From Octopus bimaculoides (taxonomy: Eukaryota), in the NCBI RefSeq assembly GCF_001194135.2, contig NC_068985.1:21204266-21268265 (forward strand): a DNA stretch of 64,000 bases, written 5' to 3'. Under the pieces are notes generated by a model that did not search any database, had not been told where the DNA came from, and saw nothing but the letters and a program-made list of their open reading frames with translations. How positions within the stretch are numbered: the first letter of the stretch is position 1; each line of letters opens with the position of its first letter. Both the position numbers and the translations under genes were made by a program. Below are positions 36,952 to 50,433 of this stretch, piece after piece.

Positions 36952-38039
36952 CTATTGTTTATTTGTTGATGGTTTGTTAACTTTTTAGATTTAATTAATT
37001 AGTGACAAGAATATCTTAACATTTGCTCTTTTTGCTGGAAATTGAAAATACTGGCCATATATCTAATATATTTACATCAATCCATCCACTTCTAGTATCT
37101 CTATTTCTGGTTACAGTGAGAGAAATAATAGGAAAGAAACAAACCAAAAAGGAAAGTTAAAACATATAGGAATATTTTCACTCTTGTTTCTTTACAGTAC
37201 ATTTTTAAGTTTATGGTACATATGTCTTATCAAACTGTTGATTTTTGTTTTTATATATTATTACTTTTAATTTTCTTACTTTTGATTTATTCCCTTTTAC
37301 TATGTGTTATTTTTAGTCATTACACAAATACATTGTCTAATGTAATGCATTTTACATTTTATGAGAAGCCATGTTGTTGATCAATTACTGAATTCTATGT
37401 GTGAGTGTGTGTTTTCCTAAGTTCAATAAAACAGCATGGCTTCAACTGATATTGAATCGGCCTTCATTTCTGTAATCTATTTTTATTTTAAATAAGTTGT
37501 CAAATTCATATCTAAACTCCATTTATTTCATCCAACTGGAGCGCAAGAACAGGTTTTTTTCTCACAATGAATGAATTTGGCATGCTCTCTAGTTTTCAGA
37601 ATTGCATAACAATTACATTGTGTATGTGGTTCTGGTGTTGATGATGATAGTTAGTTAAGTTTCTTGTTTGTTTTTGTTTTAGGCACATGGCCAACTGTTG
37701 AAGCGGTGGAGTATATAGTCAGTCGAGTCCCAGATTTAGTATATAACTGGTACTTGTATTTACTCTATAGATTGCCAAGGTGATGAAAAGCATTTAACTC
37801 TATAGCAGAATTTGAACTAAGAACATAGAGGGCCGAGCCAAGTTTTCCTAAGTTCAATAAAACAGCTACCGTGACCTAATTTTAAAATTATTTTTGTAGG
37901 CTGAGAAGACATATGGCTTTATGAATTATTGCTGAGGTAGCACTCATATTTAGTGTGATATTAAATGTCTAATTATCCTGCTCAAAACTTTTCTATACCA
38001 ATAATAAAGATTTACTGCTTTGAAGTGTTTTTTTGTCAA

Positions 38040-38177
38040 ACAATTTGACCCCAGAACTTATTTTTTTAGCCTAGTACCTATTCTACCAGTCTCTTTGCTG
38101 AACTGCTATGTTATGGGGATGTAAACACGCCAACACCGGTCGTCAAGTGATGATGGGTGGACAGACACGAAGACACA

Positions 38178-38218
<41 letters not shown>

Positions 38219-38357
38219 CAGGCTTCTTTCAGTTCCGTCTACCAAATCCACTTACAAGGCTTTGGTTAGTCTGAGGCTATATTAGAAGACATTTACCCAA
38301 GGTGCCATGAAGTGGGACTGGACCTGGAACCATGTAGCTTCTTACCACACAGCCACC
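38040..38357 (-). mobile_element. tRNA-headed SINE family C with internal (CA)n
   Basis: Reverse complement reads gtggctgtgtggtaagaagc...ggttccaggtccagtcccacttcatggcaccttgggtaaatgtcttct...gccttgtaagtggatttggtagacggaactgaaagaagcc; related copies at 43870-44040 and 63480-63635. Confidence 0.8.
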
Positions 38358-41300
38358 TCATTTTTGTTTTTATTTTTATTAACATTGATGTAAAAAAAAA
38401 AGAAAGAAAAGCATTATGAAACATATCTAATTGGTTTTAATATATCTTTATATAGAGTAGATCATTGTGTTTCACAAACAAATGTTCTTATGATATCCAT
38501 TACATTAATCAACACTTTATGTTCACAACTTTGCATCATAAAACATTGCAGTAAAATTGACCCCATAGCCTTCTTTGGGAAGTTAAAGAAAAAATTACTT
38601 TAAAATATATTCATTTGCTTCGATAGTGTGAGCATTTACTAGATTTTATTTGACTTGACTGGAATTCTATATGCCTTTCATCTGTAAACTATCCCTGTTT
38701 TGAACATTGCTTACTTTTTTACTGAATATATTGAGCCTTATAATCATTCTGTGGAAAGATATTTCTTACAAGAAGTATCAGTAAGATGTAAATTGTGAGA
38801 AACTAAGTGGTATTAGTTACAAATTAGGTCACAGTATGCTTTTATGAAGAATTGGTTGTCATAACTGTTAATAAAATGTCTCACAAAAACTAAACAAACT
38901 TTATATGATAGTGTAGACAAAACAGCTCGTAAATTTGTTAAAAGTTTATAATTATCTTTTAAATTGGCAACAGATGTTGGGCTAGGATTTGTTTTGTTTT
39001 TTTATTGTCTCATTCATGTTCCCTCTGATTTTTTTTTTCTCCCTCATAATTTCACTGCCAATGAAGATATACTTCTGCGCTATTATTTAGTAAAAATAAT
39101 AATAGACCGAGTGCTTTCAGCTCTTCCTCTAAACTACTGGGTTATTAAAATTAAGAACTATTTTTCTTGGTGACAGTTAGGAAAGAAAAAGGCTAAGAAA
39201 TTTTGCTTCTTTTTAGAGCCAGACTGTGTTGACATTCTGTTCGTATACTTAACGCTCTATGCATTGGTCTGCTGTTAATTAACTTCCCAGTATTAAAATG
39301 TGATTATATACTGCAATTATATGTCAAGATATGCTTCACACTGGATCTGAAATTGACAGGCACACTTCACACTATTCTTCAATTACTACTGTATGCCTTT
39401 CTCTTATTAATACATATGTTTCTGTTAAGGCTATGATGAGCATCATCTGTTCATTTTAAAGATGAGACCATAAGACCACATAGTAGCTAAACATTAATAC
39501 TTAAATCAAAAAAAAAAAAAAGACTACAAAGAAATTCACTGAATATGGTTTGCTTCTTGTGCAATGTAAACTTGAAGCTAGGTTGAGTATCAGATGAGAA
39601 ATAAATTGACAATCAGAACTACTAATTAGTGTTTTAAAAAGAGATGATTGAACAGTTAAAGTATGTTTGTTTGGTGAAAAACTGATGTGAGCTGGTAGTA
39701 GAAGACAGCTGAAGTAGGGTTCGGATGGAACAATTGTGTAATGTCAGGACTTTGATATTAGGACTTATAACATGATTCAGAATAATCGGTTGTCAATATA
39801 TGTCATTGTAATCTTCACCAGTATCAGTATTCAATTAATCATGATGACTCATTCTAGAGGAAAACAACAAATTCATGAAAGTTAAGCTAAACCGTTCACT
39901 TAGATGATCTCAACCATTCAACTATTTGATAGCACATGAGATTCTTATTTTTAAAACCATGTGATTTCAAATAATCATTATATATGTATTTTATATTTAT
40001 AAATGCTCTTTTATTTCATTATCCACATACCATTGAAGTCAAATTGTCTGATATTTTCTTTTCATCTTTGAGCTAATGATTTTAACCAGTTGTTGCCCTG
40101 ATATTGATTACAATTTGATAAACTTAAATTGTTGTTTATATTCATAACATAGTAGCTAAAAATTGTGTATATTATGAGTTTTTATAACATCATCATCATT
40201 TCTATACTAGCATGGATTAGATGGTTCAACAAAAACCAAGAAGCCTGAGGGTTGTGCCAAGTTCCAGTTTTGGCACGATTTCTACAGCTGAAGTCCTCTC
40301 TAATGCTGACTGTTTTACAGAGTGTACTGGGTGCTGTAATAGTGCATCACTGCATCCACTGTTTGTTGCCAATTCCCTACTCCTGGCAGTATGACATCTT
40401 TGCACCACTCAGCTACAACCCTCCAACCCATGGGTCTGTTTGGGTAGCCGTTGCTGGTGAGGGTTTTACAAAATCATAATGCAAATCCTACCTCAACCTC
40501 TTTTAGTCACCTTTTATGACACACAGAGGAAACAGGTCTATTTTTTGACATGCTGATCCCCACACAACACTTCTAGTAAGAGTTATTTAACAGTTATGCA
40601 AGTATTAACTACAGCTGTTAAATTTGGCTGTAGTGGTGTTAGTTATTTAGAGCTGCTTGCTAGAGCTGGTTACTGCTGTTTAGTAACTCTACTGGTGTTC
40701 ACTGCTTGCCAAAAGTTCAGATAAAATTAATATTAGCTCTTGTGCTTATGTTTTCTTACCTTTACCACATCCATAATTCTAATTTTGACTAATTATGATT
40801 TCAAAGTTGTCACCACCACCTAAGCATTTAGCTCATGTTTTCCTTTTCTTCTTGCCTATTCTATTACTACAATAGTAGCCTGCTCATAAAATGTTGCTAA
40901 TCTCATGCTCTCTCTATGCAGTCACTTCTGAACCACTTGTAGCCCCTCCTCTCATCATCAGTAACAAGTCTACCACCCATCCTCAAGCCCTGTGCTAACC
41001 ACTTTGCCCAGCCCTTTTTTCCTCAGTTTCACCCCTTTGGAATTCCTTTCTGCATGAGTTGTCATTATGGTGTTTTCCCCCTTCCTCCTTGCAACCATTC
41101 ACTTCAAGTTCAAGAAGAATATTAACTGCATTGGCCTCATCATGTCAGTCTCAGAAGGCCTGCAAAGTAACTGTATTGGAATTGACTACAGCTGTTTAGT
41201 AACTGTGCTGGAGATGGCTACAGCTGTTTATTAACTGTCGAAGCTGACAACAGCTATGTTGGTGTTGGGTACAGATGTGTGGTTGCACTGATATTAGTTA

Positions 41301-43339
41301 TAGGTGTTTATTTGTGCTGGCATTAGTTACAGCTGGTCTCATACCACTTCTGCTATAATTATAGTTGTGTTTGAGTTATTTAGCAGCTGTACTCAGCCTT
41401 ATGACAACTCCTTAGCAGATGTATTGAAGCTGTTTAAAATCATTATGTTATTGAAGATCTAAAACCAATTATCTACCACATGTTCTTTATGAAAAATAAT
41501 TGAATCATTCATTAGCAAGGACATATGATGTATAAACAAATGTGAACATTTTCAAAAAAGAAAATTTGAAATTTCTCTTGTAATGCTATTAATTATTGAT
41601 AACTTCTAGCTTCATTTGACACATAAGGCTTGTAATTTGTTATTGATCTCTTTCTGTAGATAATTATCTTGTATTTGCATTTTATTGACTAAAATATTTT
41701 CAACAGCCAGATTCTAAATGGTTTAAAATTTTTATTGAATTCTCTAAAATTAGAAAACCAGAGAAGAAACAAATTTTTTTTTTAAATAAGTGTTTTTGCT
41801 ATATGTAGTAAAGCTTTGAATGCAGTAGTCCCAAAAGTTTAAATATTTCTGAAAGTTTGAAATTTCATTTTTGAAAGAAAATACAATAAAAATTGAATGA
41901 ACTTTGAGCAGTTTCTTTGATTTTAGTGACTAGAAGAAGTCATAGAATTCACACTCTAAAGTTACATTCTTTGAATAGATAAATACAGTATTGGAAATCT
42001 CTATTTGTGATAGTTATTTGTGTCTATAGAATTGCTTATATGTTTATTTGTGATAGTTTTCTATGGAATTGCTTGTCTATCTGACATGCTTTTCAAAACA
42101 AAATAAGATTTGTTTCAATCAAAATTTAAACTTTAGCTAATATATTTGCAATAGAAGATAATTTTTATGTCTTTCTATACACGAAAGTTAAATTATGGCA
42201 ATGTTTTATTAGTTTTCCAATAATAATTTTTAACAACTTGTATCTGTTAATTACTGAGAAGTCCATTAATCTATTTAATCACTATGAAAATTTAGTGAAT
42301 ACTGAAATTTTTTTTTTTTTTTTTGTATGTATGAATTTATGTCAAATCATCTTAACAATACTCATCTTTTTCCAAACTAGACTAGCAGGAATTGAACTGT
42401 ATTGAAATCTAACAAAACACTTGTCAGTTTTATGGTGCTACTACTTACATCAGTAACCCAATGCTACTACATGAGACCTACATACAGACAGATGGACTGG
42501 GTTATTGAGTTGTTGTGTTGCTCTAAGTTGACTTTAGTTGGGTAAATCTGTAATTATAAATTCAAGCCATGATCATCTCATATAATTCAGTGTATCCAAC
42601 ACAGCACTATCCAATATTTCCTTTCCTTTCAAAGACAGTAAGGTGATATTTGAGGGAGTCCCACTTCAGCTCATGGGCTGTTTAGGCTTTCTGAATTGGT
42701 CATAGACAAGACAGTGCTTGTACCTTTCAGTTAGTAGTTTATACTGCTGTTTTATACTAGTGATATGTGCGGCTTTCAATGTCTGCCAGTATTATCTGGT
42801 AAATGACTTCCATTTGCTAAAATTAAAGCCAAGCCTCCTTTCTTAATTCTTTCTTTCACATTTTTTTTTTCTGTAGCAAATTGATTTTATATTTGTTTTT
42901 TCATCCATTGTGATTTTTCAGAAAAATTTAGAAAACAAAATAGAACAAAGCCCTGAATACTTCTTTAAGAATAGAATAATCTTTTATTGTATGCTTGTTT
43001 TCATTCAGAAGCTAAAAAAACGTATGGTGTTCATTTGAATCTAGGTGATATTTATTAGACTCTTAAATTGTTTAAAATTGATTTCTAGATTTTTTTTCAG
43101 TAAGTCAAATGTCTTCATGTCTATTCAGATTTGATTTTCATATTATTTAGAGTCAGTATCTTACTTTTGTTCTTAACCATTACTTTATTTAGGTTTTCTT
43201 TTTAAATACCAAAAACCCTACAGGAAAAGAAACTACACTAGAACATTTCCCCCAGTAATCTCTGAAACTGAACAGTTTCACACATGGTTTAAGCCCATGT
43301 TTAGCTGCATATATCAGCAAGTACATGTATCTAAAAGAG

Positions 43340-43342
<3 letters not shown>

Positions 43343-43394
<52 letters not shown>

Positions 43395-43660
43395 NNNNNN
43401 NNNNNNNNNNNNNNNNNNNNNNNNNNNNNNNNNNNNNNNNNNNNNNNNNNNNNNNNNNNNNNNNNNNNNNNNNNNNNNNNNNNNNNNNNNNNNNNNNNNN
43501 NNNNNNNNNNNNNNNNNNNNNNNNNNNNNNNNNNNNNNNNNNNNNNNNNNNNNNNNNNNNNNNNNNNNNNNNNNNNNNNNNNNNNNNNNNNNNNNNNNNN
43601 NNNNNNNNNNNNNNNNNNNNNNNNNNNNNNNNNNNNNNNNNNNNNNNNNNNNNNNNNNNN

Positions 43661-43735
<75 letters not shown>
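43343..43735. repeat. (TC)n microsatellite spanning assembly gap 43395-43660
   Basis: Direct. Confidence 0.95.
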
Positions 43736-43739
<4 letters not shown>

Positions 43740-43869
43740 AACTACACTATCTTTTTAATACGTAGCCCAGTATAAAGCTGACTTGAAGCTTTTGTTAAGT
43801 AGGTTAAACTGCTATCTGGTAGTAACCTCAAAAAGTGTTTATAAAACACAAAATTATTAAGTTTGAAAT

Positions 43870-44040
43870 TTTATTCCCAGCCACAGGGTTTCGGGTTCAG
43901 TACCACTGCATGGCACTTGGGCAAAATATCTTCTATTATAGCCTCAAACCAACTAAAACCTTTGGTAGCTGAAAACTAACAAAAACTTGTCATATATGTA
44001 TCTATATGAGTGTGAATGTTTGTGTCACCTTGTTTTGACA
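43870..44040 (+). mobile_element. SINE family C copy (degraded)
   Basis: gggttcagtaccactgcatggcacttgggcaaaatatcttctattatagcctc. Confidence 0.7.
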
Positions 44041-44210
44041 CCAACCCAAGATTCCTTGCATTGGGATCAAACCTGGACCACATAGTTGTAATGCAGGCTT
44101 CTTAACCATACAAACATACCTGCTGTCATATAACAAGACATTTTTTGCAGTGTTGGTATAAAGTCTCCCTTGGTTTTACCATGGAATCTTGCGTACCATT
44201 ATATAACATG

Positions 44211-44711
44211 TGTTGTGTGTTCACTCATGGAAATAATACGAGAAACAAACTTTAAAAATAATAGCAAGACTTTATTCCTCAGATAAATAATACAGTGGAC
44301 AAAATAAACACATCACGGATTCTGGTGGTTGTATAGTTCATTCATTGTTTGGATAATTCAGCTCTGGCTGCCCTTGGTTACATGTGCTTCGTTATAATGG
44401 CAGGAAAATAACTTGTCTTGCCTTCATGAAAATTGCCCACCCTTCTGGCATAGATGTTTTGTTGAACCTATATATAAACAGGTAAGCTCCAGCACAAATT
44501 CAGATTAGTTGTTTGAGAATGTATTATTCACAATGTGATTTGATCCTGAATCCATATCCTGTGCAATACTTGACCAATCAAAGCACAGAATTCAACCAAT
44601 GTTCCAAACTCACATGATAGATAAGACAGCCAATCATTACAGATTAACATGGTGAGCCTGTAAGAGACTCGTGAACTCCAATATGCTATAATACAAATTG
44701 GTCTCACTACA
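44211..44711 (-). mobile_element. Candidate solo LTR (~501 bp)
   Basis: Ends TGTTGTG...CACTACA (TG..CA with short inverted termini); flanks catg/catt (3 of 4 match as TSD). Read on the minus strand the order is three CCAAT boxes (44630, 44596, 44574), TATA (44469-44477), AATAAA (44271-44276). Confidence 0.6.
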
Positions 44712-45534
44712 CATTAAAAGATAGATCCTTCTTATGTAAACAGGAATAGAAATGGAACATTATTTAGGATATTGTTATGTTTTCCTTGGTAGTCAAAACA
44801 GAATACACCTACAAGAATATTTATTCAAAAATACTGGGGGGGGGTATAGAAATAGAAACTTTGGGTAACGTAATTGTTGTTTGTATGTTGAAGTTACTAC
44901 TGCTGCTGCTTACTTATAAAATAGGGATCAATTGACTTTGTTATAGTATTTTCCTTTTTCTTTTCTTTTTTTTATGGAAATATTTTACATCATTGTTCTT
45001 CACCCCCACCCCATACAGACATTCACAAAACTGCGCACACATACTGGTGTATGGGATTATTATTGACCTATCACAAGAGCCATTAAGTCACCTTGCCCTG
45101 CTGTGCTACAGTATGTAGTCAGATTTTTCTGTGGATTATTCTGTTATGATGTCAGTAAAACAAAAACAAATAAAAAAAAAACTTTGTTTTTGTGAGTATT
45201 GATTTTGGTTTTTCCAATTCCTATATCAGTCTCTTGATATTTCCATTTCTTCAGCAACTGAATATATATAAAAAAAAATCTTCTTAAAAATATAGTTTGG
45301 AGCATCTTAAAAATTCAAACTTTTGTTCAAAAAAATCCTTCAAACTTTAGTTCCAAATAACTGTACTAAACTGAACTCTATATTTTTTTTTTTTTTGTTA
45401 GTTTCAGTCAGTGTACTGTTAAGTCATATTAACCCCCAGTATTCATTCAGATTGTTATTTTATTGATCCCTATTTGTCAAACATCTCAGTTACAGGGCAG
45501 AAGATGTCAGTATATACACAGCCTCACACACATC

Positions 45535-45900
45535 TCATCATCATTATCATCATCATTTTATGTCCATGTTCCATGCAGGCATAGGCTGGGTGGTTTGGCA
45601 GGATTCAGTGAGCCCAAGAATAGCATCATGCTCCAGTATCTGCTTTGGCATTGTTTCTATGGCTAGATGCCTTTCCCAACACCAACCACTTTACATTGTA
45701 GTGGTTACTTTCTTCATGCCACCACCACTAGTAAGGTCACCATACAGCTTGCAAGACTCTGAATCCTGATTGGAGTGGCTTGTCAGTTTTATGCAAATAG
45801 ATGAGAGGTTAAAGTATGAGAAAAGAGGCCAGAACAGGTTCTTTCTTGCAGAGGAGCTACATGGCTACTCATACTTAGAAGTGAGGGTAAGAATGGTCAC
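45535..45900 (-). mobile_element. SINE family A copy (older)
   Basis: (cat)n, ttccatgcaggcataggctggg..., gatgcctttcccaacaccaaccactttac. Confidence 0.7.
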
Positions 45901-46460
45901 CTGGAATACACACACACTGAGCTTTTGTTCAATTTCTATCTACTTCATTCCACTAATAAGATATTTGTCAATTCAAAACTGCAGTAGTTGACACTTTGCC
46001 CAAAGTACCACTCAATGATTGAACTTAGAGCCATGAATCGTGGAGTAAATGTCTTAATCACGCAATTATACTGCTACCTATTTCTAGTTATTATTTATGA
46101 TAAATGATGATGAGTTGGCAGAATCATTACTGTACTGGAAAAAATGCTTAGCAGTATTTCTTCCAGCTCTTTGAGTTGAGTTCAAATGCTGCTGAGGTCA
46201 ACTTTTTTACCTTTCATACATTCAGGGTTGTTAGAATAAGTACCAGCTGAGCATTGGGGCCAATATAACTAATTTATTTCTCTCCCTCAAAATCACTGGC
46301 TTTGTGCTGAAATTACAATTATTTATTATGAACCTGTTACTTTGTACTCTACATTACAGAGTTAAACTTTTTAAAGTGTTTCATTCATTATTGAAATATT
46401 TAGCCTATTTATTATTGATGATCAAAGGTTAATGGAAAAATTGGCATGCTAATAGAAGTT

Positions 46461-46714
46461 GTTGTATATTACCAGAAGTGGTCTTAAACAAGTTTATTAG
46501 ATTAATTGCAGGAAGAAGGTAGAGTGGAGAGGCTATTCACCATCTGACTGTGTATCACCTCTGGTAGAGCATTAACTACCAGTGGAAACATGTGAAGCTT
46601 TCAATCCTGGGCCATCTCCTCTGACTGTTCCCACCTCTGTCTCTGCCTCCTGTTACTATCTTTTTTAACCGCATGTTACTTTTTTTTGTTTTCTTCCTGT
46701 TCTGGAGTTTATCA
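46461..46714 (+). repeat. Donor copy of 255-bp local duplication
   Basis: Nearly identical to 47788-48042 (3 substitutions plus a poly-T difference seen by eye). Confidence 0.95.
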
Positions 46715-47249
46715 AGTTCAGGCAATGGAATATTTCTGTAATGTGTATCCATTCCTGCTCCAGATCCTTTCTGGGGAATTTCTGTTCTCTGCTGATAGAA
46801 TCTGGGCAGTAGATTTGGAGGAATTTTTTGAGTCATTTGTTAGTGAATGGCTGCACTTTCTAAGCAGCAACAGTGGTGGCAGCATTATCACTGAAGTTTC
46901 TTGTCCCATACAACAATCACTTTTAACTTTAGAGCTGAACAGCTTAATCATTGTGTAAGATTATATTTCTCTGAACCTGCAGATGTTATTGAGCTGTAAG
47001 AATATATCCCCCCCCCTCCCATGCAATTCTTATCTTAATAAATGTAGGTGTTTTGCACTTTGTCAATAACCTCAATCTGTAAAACTCTTAATTTCCTGTG
47101 AAATCACATCTAGCATAAATGCGTTACTACTGGCTGCATTATTAGAGGGATCTTGGATCAGCTTCCAATAAAGTTTAGGTAACATTTACTACATTATCAT
47201 CAAGCTTTATAGGGGTTTATTATCGTAGCTTTTGTGTATCCAAGTACAT

Positions 47250-48800
47250 GAAGGTCATATGAAAGGAATTTCAAAACAACAAAATTTAGTACAATGTCCA
47301 CTGTGTTAAGCTCTTTTGCATTTTTTTCTCTTATTTTTTTGTGGTTTTCTTATCTCCAGTTTGACATTTAATCTCCTTCAAAGTAGTCCCCTTTGGAAGC
47401 CACACACTTAATCCAGCACTGTTTCCATTGATGGAAGCATTTCCGAAACTCGTTTTCTGGGATAATCAGCAGCTGCCTCATCACAGTCACTTTGATTTCC
47501 TTGATATCCTGAAACCTTCCTTTCAAGCACGATTTAATTTTTGGAAAGTGGAAAAGTCACAAGGGATGAGATCTAGGGAATACGTTGGCTGTTAGACCTG
47601 GGGAATGCTGTGCCTAGCCAAAAACTGCTGCACAAGCTGCACTGAATGGGCAGGTGCATTATGGTGCAACTGCCACCTATAGGATGCATGCAATTGTAGC
47701 TTTTCCGATGAATAGCATTCTGCAAATGCCACAAAACATCACAGTAGTACTCCTTGTTTACTGTCTGACCAGGTGGAGCATACTCATGTTGTATATTACC
47801 AGAAGTGGTCTTAAACAAGTTTATTAGATTAATTGCAGGAAGAAGGTAGAGTGGAGAGGCTATTCACCATCTGACTGGGTATCACCTCTGGTAGAGCATT
47901 AACTACCAGTGGAAACATGTGAAGCTTTCAATCCTGGGCCATCTCCTCTGACTGCTCCCACCTCTGTCTCTGCTTCCTGTTACTATCTTTTTTAACCGCA
48001 TGTTACTTTTTTTTTTTTTTCTTCCTGTTCTGGAGTTTATCAGTCAGCAGTGTCTTCATATTGCTTCGACTCATTTGTGCTTTCTTTGGTCTCAGAGAGG
48101 TTGGGGTTTCCACTGCAAAGACTAAACCTTTGTTTCAGGGTCATAGCCATAGACCCATGATTCATTACCTATTATGACCGTTTTCAAAAAGTTTCCATCG
48201 TTCTTGACACAATCAAGCAGATCTTGTACAACTGTGACCCAAGTGTCTTTTTGATTAGCTGAAAGCAATTTTGGCACAAACTTGGCAGACATGCGTCTCA
48301 TACCCAGATCTTCAGTGATAATGGTCTGAACTTGAACCGTAACCAATCTGTACATCCTCTGATAACTTACAGATGGTGATTCAATGATTTTCCCCTCACA
48401 GCTGCATTCACAACTGTGATGTTTTTCTCAGTTCTACTGGTTGCAGGTCTCCCATCTTGGAAACGGCTGAACCACTCATACACTTGTGTGAAGCTCATAC
48501 ACTCCTCTCCATATACTTTCTGCAACTTTGTGTAGGCCTCTGAGCAGGTATCATGAAGCTTTGGACAAAATTTGATGCAGATTCTCTGCTCAACTTTCTC
48601 TGTCATGGTCAATGTGATGATCACACACTACACATGTTCCTTCCAAGCACTGCAGTAAACAGCAGAAGCGAGGTAGAACGTTAAAACTTAGTGCGCATGT
48701 ACAGCTGAGCTGAAGGTCAATCTGTGCCAAGTGGCTTCACTCTGCATGCTTTAGCTTTCTTACTATGGCAACTGTCCAGATACTTATTGATCAGACCACG
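47250..48800 (-). mobile_element. Decayed DD34D mariner transposon interrupted by a 255-bp insertion
   Basis: MTEKVEQRICIKFC..., MSAKFVPKLL, IGNESWVYGYDPETK, SRSNMKTLL / HEYAPPGQTVNKEYY, HHNAPAH, YSLDLIPCDF, KCVASKGDYFEGD*. 5' TIR gtccagatacttattgatcagaccacg plus TA at 48801. Confidence 0.9.
47788..48042 (+). repeat. Inserted copy of 46461-46714 inside the mariner ORF
   Basis: Sits between NMKTLLT and HEYAPP codons of the transposase. Confidence 0.9.
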
Positions 48801-48814
48801 TATATTATATACAT

Positions 48815-49163
48815 GTGTCGCACGTAAAAAACACCATTTGAGCATGATTGTTATCAGCGTCGCCTTACTGGCACTTGTACCGGTGGCATGTGAACAAAAC
48901 ATTCAAGCAAGGTCATTGCCAGTGCAGGTGGCACATAAAAAACACCATGGCCGTTGTCAGTGCTGCCAGACTGGCCCGCATGCTGGTGGCACGTGAAAGC
49001 ACCCACTACACTCTCAGAGTGGTTGGCGTTAGGAAAGGCATCCAGCTGTAGAAACTCTGCCAGATCAGATTGGAGCCTGGTGCAGCCATCTGGTTCGCCA
49101 GTCCTCGATCAAATCGTCCAACCCATGCTAGCATGGAAAGCGGACGTTAAACGATGATGATGA
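48815..49163 (+). mobile_element. SINE family A young copy with ~60-bp tandem units
   Basis: Tandem units then cacccactacactctcagagtggttggcgttaggaaggcatccagctgtag...ggacgttaaacgatgatgatgat. Confidence 0.9.
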
Positions 49164-49188
49164 TATATATATATATACATATATATAC

Positions 49189-49289
<101 letters not shown>

Positions 49290-50433
49290 CACATATTCTA
49301 ACTATATATCAATAACAGCTGAACAAGGTAGGCAAACGTATAGATGCAATAGTGCAGGGTACAAAATAACTAGAATAATGAAGTGGAACAACAAAGTTGA
49401 TAAATTCTATTGATGGCCTAGTCTCAAAGAAGCTGCAGCTAATCAGCTTAAAGAAATCACTTAAGATCAACAAAAGTATTGCAATTGAATAAAACAAGAA
49501 AAATCATAACAGGGGCTGGTGGAAAGAATATTTTGACTTATTGAGCAGACCAACATTACAGGACCTGATGTAAGTTACCCTTTCTTTTGGAATGCCACTG
49601 GAAAGGAAATATTGCAATGAAAAGGAAAGAAAAGTGTTTTATCAAATATTATAACAAATCTTCATAACTGCACCAACCATAAGAAATTATTCAATTTTTA
49701 CTTACTTAGTTGTCTGTCCCCATAAATCCTCAACCAATATCTAATGGATATTTTTCTTCTATCAATAACTTACTCCCACATGCAGACACACAAAAGAAGT
49801 ATCTGTCAAAGAGCTAGGATCTCAGTAAGAACAACAAATGGTAAATAAACTGAGACATGGTCTCAGCCCAATGATTTTGTAAAAATTTGCTAATGTGTAG
49901 GTCAGTTTACTTAACCTATTAAATAATAAACCTAAACCTGTCTACTTTGCTACTCATGACGAATTAACTAGCATTTCTATGTATCTTATAATAAATTAAT
50001 GTCTACATTGCTTTTGCCTCCTTATCTGTATAGATAAGTTCAACAGGAGTAATTGTTGTGATATCAACAAAATCAAACACTCATACACATCTGGTTCTTC
50101 TATTAACATACAGTATTATTCCATACATCCGGCTTATTATATTTCATACCAGTGTAGTAATATCTCTTTGAACTCATCCAAAATGCTTTAAAAATTCAGA
50201 AAGTTACCTCATTTAATTTAATCTATTCCCTCTGTTTTGTATCAGATACCACACAACTTATACTCAACTGCTTTCTTGCTAATCATTGCACATCTTCTGG
50301 TTTAGTTCACGCGTGCCATTGTCATACTGCATTATCGTTCTGTCACATTGCATTGTAGTCATTTCAGCAACAGTGGAAGCATTTTTCAGTATTTTGTCCG
50401 GCCACAATAAAACCAAGACCTATTCCAGAATTA

